The notes under the pieces: generated by a model | The model's database searches: none | Told to the model about the DNA's origin: nothing | What the model saw: the letters and a program-made list of their open reading frames with translations, nothing else | Program-made: the position numbers and the translations under genes | In this document: one piece after another, positions 1 through 11,177 of the stretch | Numbering within the stretch: position 1 is the stretch's first letter | Layout: each line of letters opens with the position of its first letter | Source of the DNA: Chthoniobacterales bacterium | Lineage (GTDB): Bacteria; Verrucomicrobiota; Verrucomicrobiia; Chthoniobacterales; Chthoniobacteraceae | Reading direction: 5' to 3' | Length of the DNA: 64,000 bases | NCBI GenBank assembly: GCA_038207335.1 | Contig: JBBQZX010000015.1 | Coordinates: 55,445 to 119,444 of the forward strand

Positions 1-36
1 ACTTCACATTCGGCATCGCGTTTTGACGCGTGAAAA

Positions 37-560
37 TCACGCGGCGCAGATGTGCGGGCGCTCCGGCCCTACGCGGAGTTTCAGCCCAGCTCGATAGAAC
101 ATGAAAATCGCGACGGCCTGAATGAGGTGGTGGAGGTCGTTGTGATTGAAGTGCGGGGAAAGGCTCCATTACATTTGCTGGAAGGTCGCGGCGACTGCGG
201 AGCGCGCGACCTCGCCGAGCATCGGCCCGCGCCACGGTCGCGCGGTGCGGATCGACGCGACGGCGAGCGTGATCATCGCGAGGCCATAATCGATGATCGC
301 GACGAGGAAGATCGGCACCGCGATGCCAATCGCCGCGAACGAGCCAAACTTCAGCCACACACGCGACGAGCCGGAGCAAACTCATGAACGAGTGTCAGCG
401 ACTTCGCGGCGCTGGTGAGGCTGATGAGCAGGAGCGTCCCGCGCCACAGCGCGGCACTCGCGGCCTCACCGAGTTGAGGGCCGAAGCCGGGTCCAACGAA
501 AGCGGCCGCGCCGCTGAGGCAGAGCGCGCGACTCAACCAACGGCGCGGAGAACTCGCCAT
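37..560 (-). pseudogene. Decayed integral membrane protein (DUF6962-like, FNHNDLxH motif)
   Basis: Hydrophobic ORFs 351-560 and 169-360 overlap in different frames. Reading through TAA at 169-171 gives WSLSPHFNHNDLHHLIQAVAIFMFYRAG to TGA at 37-39. The family name is from recall. Confidence 0.55.
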
Positions 561-794
561 CTGCGCGATTTTCCAACCACAAAAAACGCTGAGGAATGCG
601 GGCAGGTAATCGGTCAGCAGCGTCGCCGGCTCGTGTAGCCAGCCAGTGCAGCATCATTCCCGGAAGCAAAAAGGGTTCAGCGGCGAAGTGGAACTCGGGC
701 AGTCCTCTTTCATCAACTCCGAACTTCGTAATCAGACCCGCCGCAAATTGGCAGCGAAACGCGACGGCACCGCGCATCGCCGAGTGTCAGGCAG

Positions 795-1301
795 CTAAGA
801 CGCTTTGACAAAAACTCCGACCAAAGGGCGCGGGTAGGGAGTGGGCGAGATGAAATCGCTCACGAAACCTGTCGCGGTGCGGAGTTCGACATGGCCTGCA
901 TCGTCGCCGCCGTAAACCACCACTGCACCGATTGGCGCTTTCCGCGGATCGCTGACGTTGAGCTTTTTGAAGCCGAATTTTTGCACCAACTCCGTGCCTG
1001 CCTGCTTCGCATAGGCACTCGTCGGGCGCGAGGAGACTAGGTGCGCGGCAAGCAGAGCGTCCTTCACGTAGCGCCAGCAGTACCATGTCATCTTCGGCTG
1101 CGCGCGCCGGATCGCGATTTCGGCTGCGCGGCGCATCCGGGCGTCGTACTTGAGTTCGCCGGACTGCGGGCCGAAGCGCTTCTGCTCCTCAGCGGTCAGC
1201 TTTCGCGCCGTCTTGTTGTCGAAAAGCGAATCTTTCGCGCGAGCAGGGACGAAGGCGGTAAGCAGCACGAGAAGGAGCAGCAGGGAAAAAAATCGAGGCA
1301 T
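795..1301 (-). CDS. Secreted CHAP/NlpC-P60-like (Cys-His) peptidoglycan hydrolase-like protein
   Basis: Signal peptide MPRFFSLLLLL; YCWRYVKDAL and PIGAVVVY..GHVE Cys/His motifs; start reassigned to ATG 1301. Confidence 0.6.
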   Translation of the reverse strand: MPRFFSLLLLLVLLTAFVPARAKDSLFDNKTARKLTAEEQKRFGPQSGELKYDARMRRAAEIAIRRAQPKMTWYCWRYVKDALLAAHLVSSRPTSAYAKQAGTELVQKFGFKKLNVSDPRKAPIGAVVVYGGDDAGHVELRTATGFVSDFISPTPYPRPLVGVFVKAS

Positions 1302-1410
1302 CGCGTGGAATTTTGCGCGGAAGAGTAAACGGATGCGAGGGTTCGTCAACGGGGCGCGGGAGGAGGCGATCATAGTGTCGCTTTTAGCGGGAAACGGGCC
1401 ACGGAAGTGA

Positions 1411-2562
<1,152 letters not shown>

Positions 2563-2597
2563 GCTTTTCGCTCCGCGGAAAGTCGCAAGCTTCAGTG

Positions 2598-2634
2598 CGC
2601 CCGCCATCGGCAACGATGGCGGGCGTTTTTTTTT
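2598..2634 (+). terminator. Rho-independent terminator after gap
   Basis: CGCCCGCCATCG-GCAA-CGATGGCGGGCG followed by T9. Confidence 0.9.
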
Positions 2635-2764
2635 GCAGTGGTTTTGAGCGAAAATACTCCTGAAACCGGGAGTGCGCGTGAATGAAGCTCCGGGGTAGCG
2701 CAGTGCTCTCGGAACAAAGCCGCCCGCACTCGACGCCTTTTCGAAACGCTGTTACCACGCCCCG

Positions 2765-3175
2765 ATGGAACCGAAGACCGCACCGTCGCCCCTCACCGTC
2801 CTCATCCTTTGGGTGCTCTGGTTCAGCTTCATGATCGGCATCGTTTTCATCAACCTCTTCCTCGGCCAGGACACCGCCAGCCATCACGCCGTGATTCCGA
2901 ACGAAGGCGCATGGTTCGCCGCCGCCATTCCCATCTTCATTAGTGCGATCCTCCGTTGGATCGTACTGCCGAAAGTGCGCGACCCGCAAAAGCTGCTCAC
3001 CACGATGATCCTCGGCATCTCCACGGCCGAAGCGGTCACCTTTTTCGGGCTCTTTTTGTTTCCGGCGCATCGAGTCGAGCTCTGCATCCTCAGCGCGCTC
3101 GGGATTTTTCAATTCATCCCGACCTACGCCCGCCGCCAACTCGGGCTTACCGACTCCGCCAGCCTGCGCGAGTAG
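2765..3175 (+). CDS. Hypothetical four-helix membrane protein
   Basis: 136-aa ORF with four hydrophobic segments, lying between gap and pgk. Confidence 0.75.
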   Translation: MEPKTAPSPLTVLILWVLWFSFMIGIVFINLFLGQDTASHHAVIPNEGAWFAAAIPIFISAILRWIVLPKVRDPQKLLTTMILGISTAEAVTFFGLFLFPAHRVELCILSALGIFQFIPTYARRQLGLTDSASLRE

Positions 3176-3358
3176 CACTGGAGGGCATCGCGCCGTCGAT
3201 GCCAAGCCACCCGGCACCTACAAGCCCAGCGCCCTCCATTCCGAGATCCCCGTCCGCCTTCGCCGCTTCGTTCAGCGGCGGTGAAAATCGAACCGCCCCG
3301 AGGCCCAAAGTGCTTGTCTTTGTCCCCTCGCCCGCGCTTTCTTTCGCCCCTCATTTTT

Positions 3359-4570
3359 ATGCCAAAACTTTCCGTCCGCGATCTCGATGTCTCAGGAAAA
3401 CGCGTGCTTGTCCGCGTGGATTTCAACGTCCCCGTTGAAGAGGAAAACGGGCATGTCCGCATCACCGACGACACGCGAATGCGCGAAAGCCTGCCGACGA
3501 TCGCGCTGCTGCGCGAAAAGGGAGCGAAGGTGATTTTGATGGCGCATTTCGGGAGGCCGAAGGGCGAGCCGAATCCTAAATACTCGCTGAGGCCGATCGC
3601 CGATCATCTGCACACGCTCATCGAGCATCCGGTAATTTTCAGCCACGACACGACCGGCGAGATTCCCGAGAAGATCATCGCGCACATGCAGCCGGGCGAT
3701 GTCGCGCTGCTTGAAAATGTCCGCTTTCACGCAGGCGAAGAAGCGAACGATCCGGCGTTCGCGGAGCAGCTAGCGAAGCTCGGCGACATCTTCGTGAACG
3801 ACGCATTCGGCGCGGCGCATCGCGCGCACGCATCGACGGCGGGCATCGCGGAATTCATCGAGCAGTCCGCGATGGGGCTGCTGATGGAAAAAGAGCTGAA
3901 GTATTTGCAGGGTGAGCTGGAAAACCCTGCGAAGCCGTTTTTGGTCATCCTGGGCGGATCGAAAGTCTCGGACAAAATTGGCGTCATCAAGGCGCTCATG
4001 CAGAAGGCCGACACGTTTTTGATCGGCGGCGCGATGGCCTACACGTTCTTCAAGGCGCAGGGCATTCCGACAGGGAAAAGCCGCGTGGAAGCCGACAAAC
4101 TCGACCTCGCGCTGGAGCTACTGGAACTCGCCAAGACTCGTGGAATCAAGTTTCTGCTACCGGTGGACAATCTGGAGACGACCGAATTCAGCGCGAACGC
4201 AACGCCCCGCGCAACGGAGGTTCACTCGACCAGCACCGGCATCGCAGCAGATCACGAAGCCGTCGATATCGGCCCGAAAACGATCGTGCTTTTCAGCAAG
4301 GAAATCGCGTCGGCGAAGACGATTTTGTGGAATGGGCCGGTCGGTGTTTTCGAACTCGCGCCTTTTGCCAAAGGCACGCGCGGACTCGCCGAAGCGGTGG
4401 CTTCTAACAAGGACGCCGTATCGATCATCGGCGGCGGCGACTCGGTGACGGCGGTGAAGCAATTCGGGCTTGCGGATGAGATGACGTTCATCTCCACAGG
4501 TGGCGGAGCGTCGCTGGAATTGCTAGAAGGCAAAGCGCTGCCCGGAGTCTCGGCACTCAGCGAGAAATAG
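3359..4570 (+). CDS. pgk: Phosphoglycerate kinase
   Basis: RVDFNVP, LLENVRF, DAFGAAHRAHAS and STGGGASLELLEG motifs; start ATG 3359. Confidence 0.98.
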   Translation: MPKLSVRDLDVSGKRVLVRVDFNVPVEEENGHVRITDDTRMRESLPTIALLREKGAKVILMAHFGRPKGEPNPKYSLRPIADHLHTLIEHPVIFSHDTTGEIPEKIIAHMQPGDVALLENVRFHAGEEANDPAFAEQLAKLGDIFVNDAFGAAHRAHASTAGIAEFIEQSAMGLLMEKELKYLQGELENPAKPFLVILGGSKVSDKIGVIKALMQKADTFLIGGAMAYTFFKAQGIPTGKSRVEADKLDLALELLELAKTRGIKFLLPVDNLETTEFSANATPRATEVHSTSTGIAADHEAVDIGPKTIVLFSKEIASAKTILWNGPVGVFELAPFAKGTRGLAEAVASNKDAVSIIGGGDSVTAVKQFGLADEMTFISTGGGASLELLEGKALPGVSALSEK

Positions 4571-4579
4571 ACTTTTCCC

Positions 4580-5350
4580 ATGCGCAAAAAAATCATCGCA
4601 GCCAACTGGAAGATGAACACGACTCTCGGCGAGTCAGATTCCTTCTTCGACACGTTCCTCCTCGAAATCGGCAGCGAGAAGCGCGTCGATATCGTCATTT
4701 GTCCGCCATTCACCGCGCTTTCGCATGTCTCCACGCGGCTCGGGAAAGTCCAAAACGTGAAGCTCGGCGCGCAGAACATGCACTGGGAAAAGCCGGGCGC
4801 ATTCACCGGCGAAATCAGCGCACACATGCTGCGGGAGTTGTTCGTGCGATACGTGATCGTCGGGCACAGCGAGCGACGCGCGCTCTTCGGCGAGACGGAT
4901 GCAATTGTGAATAAAAAGGCGCGCGCGGCGCTCGACGCGGCGCTGAAACCGATTGTGTGCATCGGCGAAACGCTGGAGCAGCGCGATGCCGGGCAAGTGG
5001 AGCGAGTGCTTGCGGAGCAGCTTCGCGGCAGCCTTGCTGGCTTTGGCACAAAAGACCTCGGCGAGACCGTGCTCGCTTACGAGCCCGTGTGGGCGATCGG
5101 CACCGGCCGCACGGCGAGCCCGCAGCAGGCGCAAGATGCGCACGCGTTTATCCGCAAAACGGTGGCGGCGATGTCTGACACGACGACTGCCGACAAACTC
5201 CGCATCCAATACGGTGGCAGCGTGAAGCCCGCGAACACCGCGGAGCTGATGTCGCAGCCGGACATCGACGGCGCACTGGTCGGCGGTGCGAGCCTCGACG
5301 CTCGCGGGTTTTCGGAGATCGTGAAATTCGCCTGCGCACAGATGCGGTAG
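4580..5350 (+). CDS. tpiA: Triosephosphate isomerase
   Basis: ANWKMN, GHSERR, AYEPVWAIGTG and YGGSV motifs. Confidence 0.98.
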   Translation: MRKKIIAANWKMNTTLGESDSFFDTFLLEIGSEKRVDIVICPPFTALSHVSTRLGKVQNVKLGAQNMHWEKPGAFTGEISAHMLRELFVRYVIVGHSERRALFGETDAIVNKKARAALDAALKPIVCIGETLEQRDAGQVERVLAEQLRGSLAGFGTKDLGETVLAYEPVWAIGTGRTASPQQAQDAHAFIRKTVAAMSDTTTADKLRIQYGGSVKPANTAELMSQPDIDGALVGGASLDARGFSEIVKFACAQMR

Positions 5351-5401
5351 GCGGCACATCCCGGCCTATCGCGCGGGCACTGTCGGGATCACCGATCCCG
5401 G

Positions 5402-6802
5402 CTAAACCGCGGCAGGCTCGACGGTGCTGCGCTTGAGGGAGTGGCGGATGAAATTTGCGCCGAGGTCCCAGATGGGGCCGGGAAATTTGCGGCAGTCGCT
5501 GAGGACGGCATCTAGCGCGTTCACGAAGCGCTCGATTTCGCGTTCGCCGATCGTCAGTGGCGGGAGGATCTTCACGACGTCCATCGAGTGGCCGGCGATT
5601 TGCGTGAGGATGCGGTGCTTTTGAAAGAGCGACGTGACGAGCATCTGCGCGAACAGTTCGCGCTCCACTTTGTGCAGGAATTTCCAGCCCATCCGCATCG
5701 CCATCTCGCGCGGCTCGTGGAACTCGATCGCGAGCATCATGCCCATTCCGCGGACTTCCTTGATGAGGGAGTGTTTGCTTTTCAGCGCGTCGAGGCGGCG
5801 CAGGAGTTCGGCGCCGTTGTCGCGCGCGCGGTCGATGAGTTGCTCGTCGTCGAGGACTTGCAGGGTGGCGAGACCGCACGCCATCGCGAGGTTGTTGCGG
5901 CCAAAGGTCGAGGAGTGGACGACGCAGCGGTCGAGGCGGCTGAAGGTTTTCTGGTAGATCGCGCGCCGCGTGATGACGGCGCCGACGGGGACGTATCCGC
6001 CGCTGAGCGATTTCGCGACGGTGATGATGTCGGGCTCGAGGTCCCAGTTTTGGAAGCCCCACCATTTTCCCGTGCGACCGAGGCCGGTCTGCACTTCGTC
6101 GCAGACGAGCAGCGTGCCGTATTTGCGGCAGAGCGCCTGGGCGTCGCGGTAGAAGCTGTCGGCGGGAAAGTTCACGCCTTTTCCCTGCACGGGCTCCATG
6201 AGAAATGCCGCGACATCGCGCCGCGCGAGCCGCTCCTCGAGCCCAACGAGGTCGCCCATTTTGATCCGCGCGCAGTTTTCCAAAAGCGGGCCGAAGCCCT
6301 CGCGGAAATGCTCGTCGCCCATGACGGAGAGCGCGCCGTTCGAGAGGCCGTGGAAGGCTTTTTCGATCGAGACGAGGCCCGCGCGGCCGGTCGCGGCGCG
6401 GGCGAATTTGATCGCGCCCTCCAGCGACTCGGCGCCGGAGTTGCAGAAGAAAATCGCGTCGAGATGGGGCGGTGTTTTTTTTAGCAGCGCCTCGGCGAGG
6501 AGGCCGCTGAGGAGCGAGCAATCCATCTGCACCATGTTCGGCAAATCCAGCGCAAGCACGTCGCGGATGGCGGTCTGCACGGCAGGGTGATTGCGCCCGA
6601 TATTGAAGACGCTGTAGCCGCTGAGGAAGTCCAGGTAGTCGTGCCCGTCGCGGTCGAAAAGGTACGCGCCCTGCGCCCGCGCATAGACTTGGTCGAAGCC
6701 GATGATGCGCTGGACTTTCACCAGCGTCGGGTTGAGGTGCTTTTCGTGGAGCGTGTAATTTTCGCCCATGCGCGCGGCGATGAGCGCGGGCAGGTCTAGC
6801 AT
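5402..6802 (-). CDS. hpnO: Class III PLP aminotransferase, hopanoid-associated (HpnO-like)
   Basis: NSGAE, DEVQTGLGRTG and AKSLSGG motifs; ATG 6802 overlaps the shc stop; located in the hopanoid cluster. Confidence 0.8.
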   Translation of the reverse strand: MLDLPALIAARMGENYTLHEKHLNPTLVKVQRIIGFDQVYARAQGAYLFDRDGHDYLDFLSGYSVFNIGRNHPAVQTAIRDVLALDLPNMVQMDCSLLSGLLAEALLKKTPPHLDAIFFCNSGAESLEGAIKFARAATGRAGLVSIEKAFHGLSNGALSVMGDEHFREGFGPLLENCARIKMGDLVGLEERLARRDVAAFLMEPVQGKGVNFPADSFYRDAQALCRKYGTLLVCDEVQTGLGRTGKWWGFQNWDLEPDIITVAKSLSGGYVPVGAVITRRAIYQKTFSRLDRCVVHSSTFGRNNLAMACGLATLQVLDDEQLIDRARDNGAELLRRLDALKSKHSLIKEVRGMGMMLAIEFHEPREMAMRMGWKFLHKVERELFAQMLVTSLFQKHRILTQIAGHSMDVVKILPPLTIGEREIERFVNALDAVLSDCRKFPGPIWDLGANFIRHSLKRSTVEPAAV

Positions 6803-8754
6803 TGGTAGCGGCTCGGCTGGTGGAAAAGTCCGCTGCGGTAATTCGCCGCCGTCGCGAGGGCGAGGAGCGGCCAGTTGTTCCGATACATGTCGTACTTCAA
6901 ATAGAACACCTTCGGGAAACCCGTGCCTGTCGTCTGCGGCTCGTCCCATGAACCATCGCGGTTCTGCGTGCGCGTGAGGTAATCGACTCCGCGGTGGATC
7001 GCGGCGCAGTCGGGATCGGTGGCGGCGAGGAGGCCCATCAGTGCCCATGCGGTCTGCGACGGCGTGCTGTCGCCGATGCCTTTCAGCGTCGGGTCGTCGT
7101 ACGTCGCGCACGTCTCGCCCCATCCGCCATCCTCATTCTGGCAGCTCGCGAGCCACACGCGCGCGCGCACCACCCAGTCCTGCTGCATGTCCTCGCCGAT
7201 TGCACGCAGCCCACGCAATACCTGCCAGGTGCCGTAAATGTAGTTCACTCCCCAGCGGCCGTACCACGAGCCGTCGTCCTCCTGCGTCTCGCGCAGATGC
7301 CGCAGCGCTTCCCGCACACACGTGCTGGCGCGGTCGAAGCCCACGTAGCCGAGCAGTTCCAGCGTCCGCCCCGTCAGGTCGCTGCACGTCGGATCGAGGA
7401 TCGCGTTGTGATCGGCAAACGGAATGTCCTCCAGCCACCGCTGCGTCACCTCTTTATCGAACGCCCCCCAGCCGCCGTCCCGGCACTGAAAGCTCAGCAA
7501 CCACGGCAGCGCCCGGTCGAACACTTCGCGCAGTTTCCCCTCCTCGCCCACCTTCGCCAGCCGCAGCGCCATCAGGACCATCGCCGTGTCGTCCGTGTCC
7601 GGGTAGTGGACGTTGTTAAATTCAAACGCCCATCCACTCGCTTCGTGGTGCGGATTCTTCACCCACCAGTCGCTCTTCACCCGCACCTCCTTGCTCACGA
7701 GCCACTCCGATCCGCGCCTGACTGCCGGATGATCGGCGGGCATTCCCGATTCCAGCAGCGCGATTAAATTGATCGCCGTATCCCAGATCGGCGAGAGACA
7801 CGGCTGGATGCGAAAATCCTGCGGGTCATCCACAAAAAGCCCCTCGAAATCCCGCACCGCTTTTTGCAAAAGCGTATTGCTCTCCGGGTATCCCAGCGTC
7901 TTCAGCGCGATGATCGCATTCAGCATCGCCGGGAAAACCGCCGCCAGCCCGTCGCTCCCTTCGCCCATCCGCTCCGTCATCCACTGCTCCGCCTTCTCCA
8001 GTGCGAGACGCCGCAGCGGCTTGATCCCCATCACCCGGAACTTCTTGAACACCGAATCCACGCGCAGGAAAAAATTCCGCCACGTAAAAAACCGCGCGTC
8101 CTGGTCGAGCGAAAGATCCGTCCCCTCAGTCCCCGCCGGGTAAAGCTCGTGCAGACACTTCTCCGCCGGGAGCTGCCGCGTCGGTTTGTGGTGATTGATG
8201 ATCGCCAGCGGAATCAGCATCGCCCGGCTCCACGACGACATCTCCCACAGGTTAAAAAACAGCCACTTCGGGAAGAGCATGATCTCCACCGGGATCGTCG
8301 GCAGATACTTCCACGGAAACTGCCCGAGCAGCGCCAGATACAGCTTCCCGTAAGTATTCATCCGCGGGATCCCGCCCAGTCGCAGAATCACAGCCCGCGC
8401 CTCCCCCATCCACGCCTCCCCCGGCTGATGCCCCGCCAGCTTCAGCGCAAAGTAAGCCTTGATCGACGCATTCACCTCGCTCGGCCCGCCGTGGTAAATA
8501 TTCCATCCGCCATCCGGCAACTGTCGCGCGCGGATGTGCGCCACGCATTTCTCCTGCAGCACCAGGTCGATCTTCCCCGCCCAGTGCATGAAAAGGATGT
8601 AGTCCGCGCAAAGCGTGCAATCGACCATCAGCTCCCCCACCCAAAACCCCTCCTCATGCTGGAGCCGCAGCAAATTCTCCTGCGCCCGGCAAATCGCCGT
8701 CTGGATGTCCCGCGGCTCCGTGGCCGCCTTCGCCTCGTTGCCGATTTCCTTCAT
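6796..8754 (-). CDS. shc: Squalene-hopene cyclase
   Basis: YPDTDDTA (DXDD) motif, QW repeats (QxxDGxW) and GTGFPKVFYLKY. Confidence 0.96.
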   Translation of the reverse strand: MKEIGNEAKAATEPRDIQTAICRAQENLLRLQHEEGFWVGELMVDCTLCADYILFMHWAGKIDLVLQEKCVAHIRARQLPDGGWNIYHGGPSEVNASIKAYFALKLAGHQPGEAWMGEARAVILRLGGIPRMNTYGKLYLALLGQFPWKYLPTIPVEIMLFPKWLFFNLWEMSSWSRAMLIPLAIINHHKPTRQLPAEKCLHELYPAGTEGTDLSLDQDARFFTWRNFFLRVDSVFKKFRVMGIKPLRRLALEKAEQWMTERMGEGSDGLAAVFPAMLNAIIALKTLGYPESNTLLQKAVRDFEGLFVDDPQDFRIQPCLSPIWDTAINLIALLESGMPADHPAVRRGSEWLVSKEVRVKSDWWVKNPHHEASGWAFEFNNVHYPDTDDTAMVLMALRLAKVGEEGKLREVFDRALPWLLSFQCRDGGWGAFDKEVTQRWLEDIPFADHNAILDPTCSDLTGRTLELLGYVGFDRASTCVREALRHLRETQEDDGSWYGRWGVNYIYGTWQVLRGLRAIGEDMQQDWVVRARVWLASCQNEDGGWGETCATYDDPTLKGIGDSTPSQTAWALMGLLAATDPDCAAIHRGVDYLTRTQNRDGSWDEPQTTGTGFPKVFYLKYDMYRNNWPLLALATAANYRSGLFHQPSRYQC

Positions 8755-8767
8755 GAAAATCGCGCGT

Positions 8768-10063
8768 TCAGGCGGCTGACACCGGCACTGGTTCCGCGGT
8801 TTTCTTCCCCGTCAGATGCCCATTCCCGGCGGTCACGCCATTGAACGCCTCCACCAAATGCCCGTTCCCCGACGGGAGCGGCTTTGGCGCAAAATTGAAC
8901 CGGATATTCTTCCACGTATCCCCGAATTTCGCCCCGCGTCCCAGCATCGCGCTCGGCTCATAGCCGCAATGCACCATGCAATTCTCGCAGCGCACATCCT
9001 TCGCCACGCCATCCACCACCCCGTAATTGTCCCACTTCACATCCCGCAGCAAATCCCCATACGTCGGCCAGTGACCGTCCGTCATCAGGTAGCAAGGCCC
9101 CTTCCAGCCGCGCACATTCCGCGTCGGGATCGCCCATGCCGAGCACGTCAAATTCCGCTTCCCCGCGAGGAACTCCAAATAAATCGGCGTCCCGAACAGC
9201 GTGTAAGCCTTCCCCCACTTCTCGATATTCTTAAATTTCTCCACCGTCATCGCCCGCGTCAGGAAGAAATTCTCCGGCTGCAAATCCAGCCGCGTCACCA
9301 TGTCCTTCTTCGCCGCATCGTACTCGTAGCCGGGCGAAATCGTATGCCCATCGATCCCCATCTCCGCCAGGAATTCGAACATCTGCTCGATCTCCTCCAT
9401 GTCCGTTTCCTTGTAAATCGTCGTATTCGTCGCCACCTGATACCCGAGGATCTTCGCCATCCGCATCGCCAAGACGCACTCCTTAAACACCCCCTCGCGC
9501 TCCACGATCAAGTCATGCGTCCGCTCCAAACCGTCCAGATGCACATTCCAGTACATCCACATCGACGGTCCGATCACAGGCTTCAGCAGATCCTTCGGCC
9601 CCTTCTTGATCTCCTCCAGATCCTTTGCCGACACCAACTCCTCCGCCACCAGCCGCGCCAGCACTTTATCCAAAAACGCACCCTTCTTCATGTACTCCGA
9701 CGCCAGCCATTCCCGCATCTTCTTCCGCATGAACATCGCGTTCGTGCAGATATACACGATCCGCTTCTGCTCCAGCAGCCCCTCCACCAGCGCCTCGATC
9801 TGCGGATAAATCAGCGGCTCTCCCCCGCAGATCGAAATCATCGGCGCATTGCACTCCTCCGCCGCGCCGAGGCAATCCTCCAGCGGCATCAAATCCTTAA
9901 TCGACGTCGAGTACTCCCGGATCCGTCCGCAGCCCGTGCAGCTCAGATTGCACGTGTGCAGCGGCTCCAGTTGCAACACCGTCGCGAACTTCGGCGTGCG
10001 CTTGATCTTATGCCCGATGATGTAGGCGGCGATCTTGGCAGTGAGTGGCAGTGGGAATCTCAT
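8768..10063 (-). CDS. hpnH: Hopanoid-associated radical SAM adenosylhopane synthase
   Basis: LEPLHTCNLSCTGC (CxxxCxxC), SICGGEPL and CENCMVHCGYE; directly upstream of shc. Confidence 0.9.
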   Translation of the reverse strand: MRFPLPLTAKIAAYIIGHKIKRTPKFATVLQLEPLHTCNLSCTGCGRIREYSTSIKDLMPLEDCLGAAEECNAPMISICGGEPLIYPQIEALVEGLLEQKRIVYICTNAMFMRKKMREWLASEYMKKGAFLDKVLARLVAEELVSAKDLEEIKKGPKDLLKPVIGPSMWMYWNVHLDGLERTHDLIVEREGVFKECVLAMRMAKILGYQVATNTTIYKETDMEEIEQMFEFLAEMGIDGHTISPGYEYDAAKKDMVTRLDLQPENFFLTRAMTVEKFKNIEKWGKAYTLFGTPIYLEFLAGKRNLTCSAWAIPTRNVRGWKGPCYLMTDGHWPTYGDLLRDVKWDNYGVVDGVAKDVRCENCMVHCGYEPSAMLGRGAKFGDTWKNIRFNFAPKPLPSGNGHLVEAFNGVTAGNGHLTGKKTAEPVPVSAA

Positions 10064-10236
10064 AGTGTGTGATTGCGAGACTGAAATTTGCGATGAACCG
10101 AAGTGCGAGAGCGAGCAACAGAAATGTCATCTCCCCGGGGTGAAAATCGGAGTGAAATTCCAGAGTCGAAAATTCGCCGCGATCTTCCGCCACGGAGAAA
10201 ACATGTCAAGACCGCGGGAGTCCCATATCCCGCCGG

Positions 10237-10316
10237 GGGCCAACGGCCCGCAAACGAGACAGCCCAGGGCAACGCCCTGGTCACCCCATCAACACAGCCA
10301 AAGCCCTGAAAGGGCG
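10237..10316. repeat. REP-like cluster of three short GC hairpins
   Basis: GGGCC-AAC-GGCCC, CCAGGGC-AAC-GCCCTGG and GCCCT-GAA-AGGGC in tandem. Confidence 0.6.
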
Positions 10317-10490
10317 AAACACCTTGTCCCGCCCATGGATAGCATTCACCACCTTCTCTGAACCCCTGAAAACACTCCACTGCCGTATTTCGCCCACCCC
10401 AGAGTAACGCCGCACCCGTCGCCCGCCCCGCACATGGAAAGCACACACTCCATGCCTCCGTTTCACCGATTCCCACGCGGTTTCTCTCAA

Positions 10491-10982
10491 ATGCGGTCCA
10501 AGCTGATCATACTCGGTGCTTTCTTTGCGCTCATAGCAATTCTCGTGGTGGCTCGGCTGGCGTACATCGCTGACAGGACACGCAACGACAAGGTCGTCCA
10601 GACGCTCATTGAACTGAGCACGCAAAACCTCCTCCAAGTCACGATTACTCCAGCCCCATTCAGCCAAAAGCAGTTCCATACGGCTGTTTCGGAAGAGACA
10701 TCGCTTCACGAGTTGGCGAAACTCCTCAGTCGCTCGGACACACGAGGCGTCGCTGGTCACGATGGGTCGATTTACGAATGGACAGTGACATTTGCGACCT
10801 CCTCGGGTTCCCGTGTTTTTCTGGCATCCGCACACCACAGTGACCCCTAGGACGCCCATCTTTCCGACACCTTCTGGACTCCCAACGCCGACGGCACTTA
10901 CTCCCGCACCCTACCTACAAGCGTGCGGGTCCCCGCCTTGGGCCGCTGGCTCATCACCCACGAACCGGAGGGAAGGCGATGA
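10491..10982 (+). pseudogene. Lower-GC hypothetical protein with N-terminal TM helix and probable premature TAG
   Basis: MRSKLIILGAFF.. ORF stops at TAG 10848-50, but the frame stays open for 43 more codons to TGA 10980-82. Confidence 0.45.
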
Positions 10983-11177
10983 TGCGGAACGGCAACTCAC
11001 GATTTTTTCCAACGAAGCGTCGCCAAGTCATGCGCCACAGCGAAGAGCTGAAGTCGGCGATGGCTTGCGATTTTCACTCCTGCCCGTGCCTTCGCTCAGC
11101 CATCCCAGGCTTTTAGCTGATCCGCTCGGGGGTGATTTTCGCGGGGCTCCGGCAGGGCTGAGTGGCCGAAATCCGGT

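Noticed and set aside
5402..7123. 573-aa version of the aminotransferase, and similarly extended ORFs 14902-16620 and 34919-36574
   Set aside because: The N-terminal extensions overlap upstream genes out of frame; the true starts are downstream.
10848..10850. Pyrrolysine or programmed read-through at the TAG
   Set aside because: There is no pyl machinery or supporting structure in view; a nonsense mutation is the simpler explanation.
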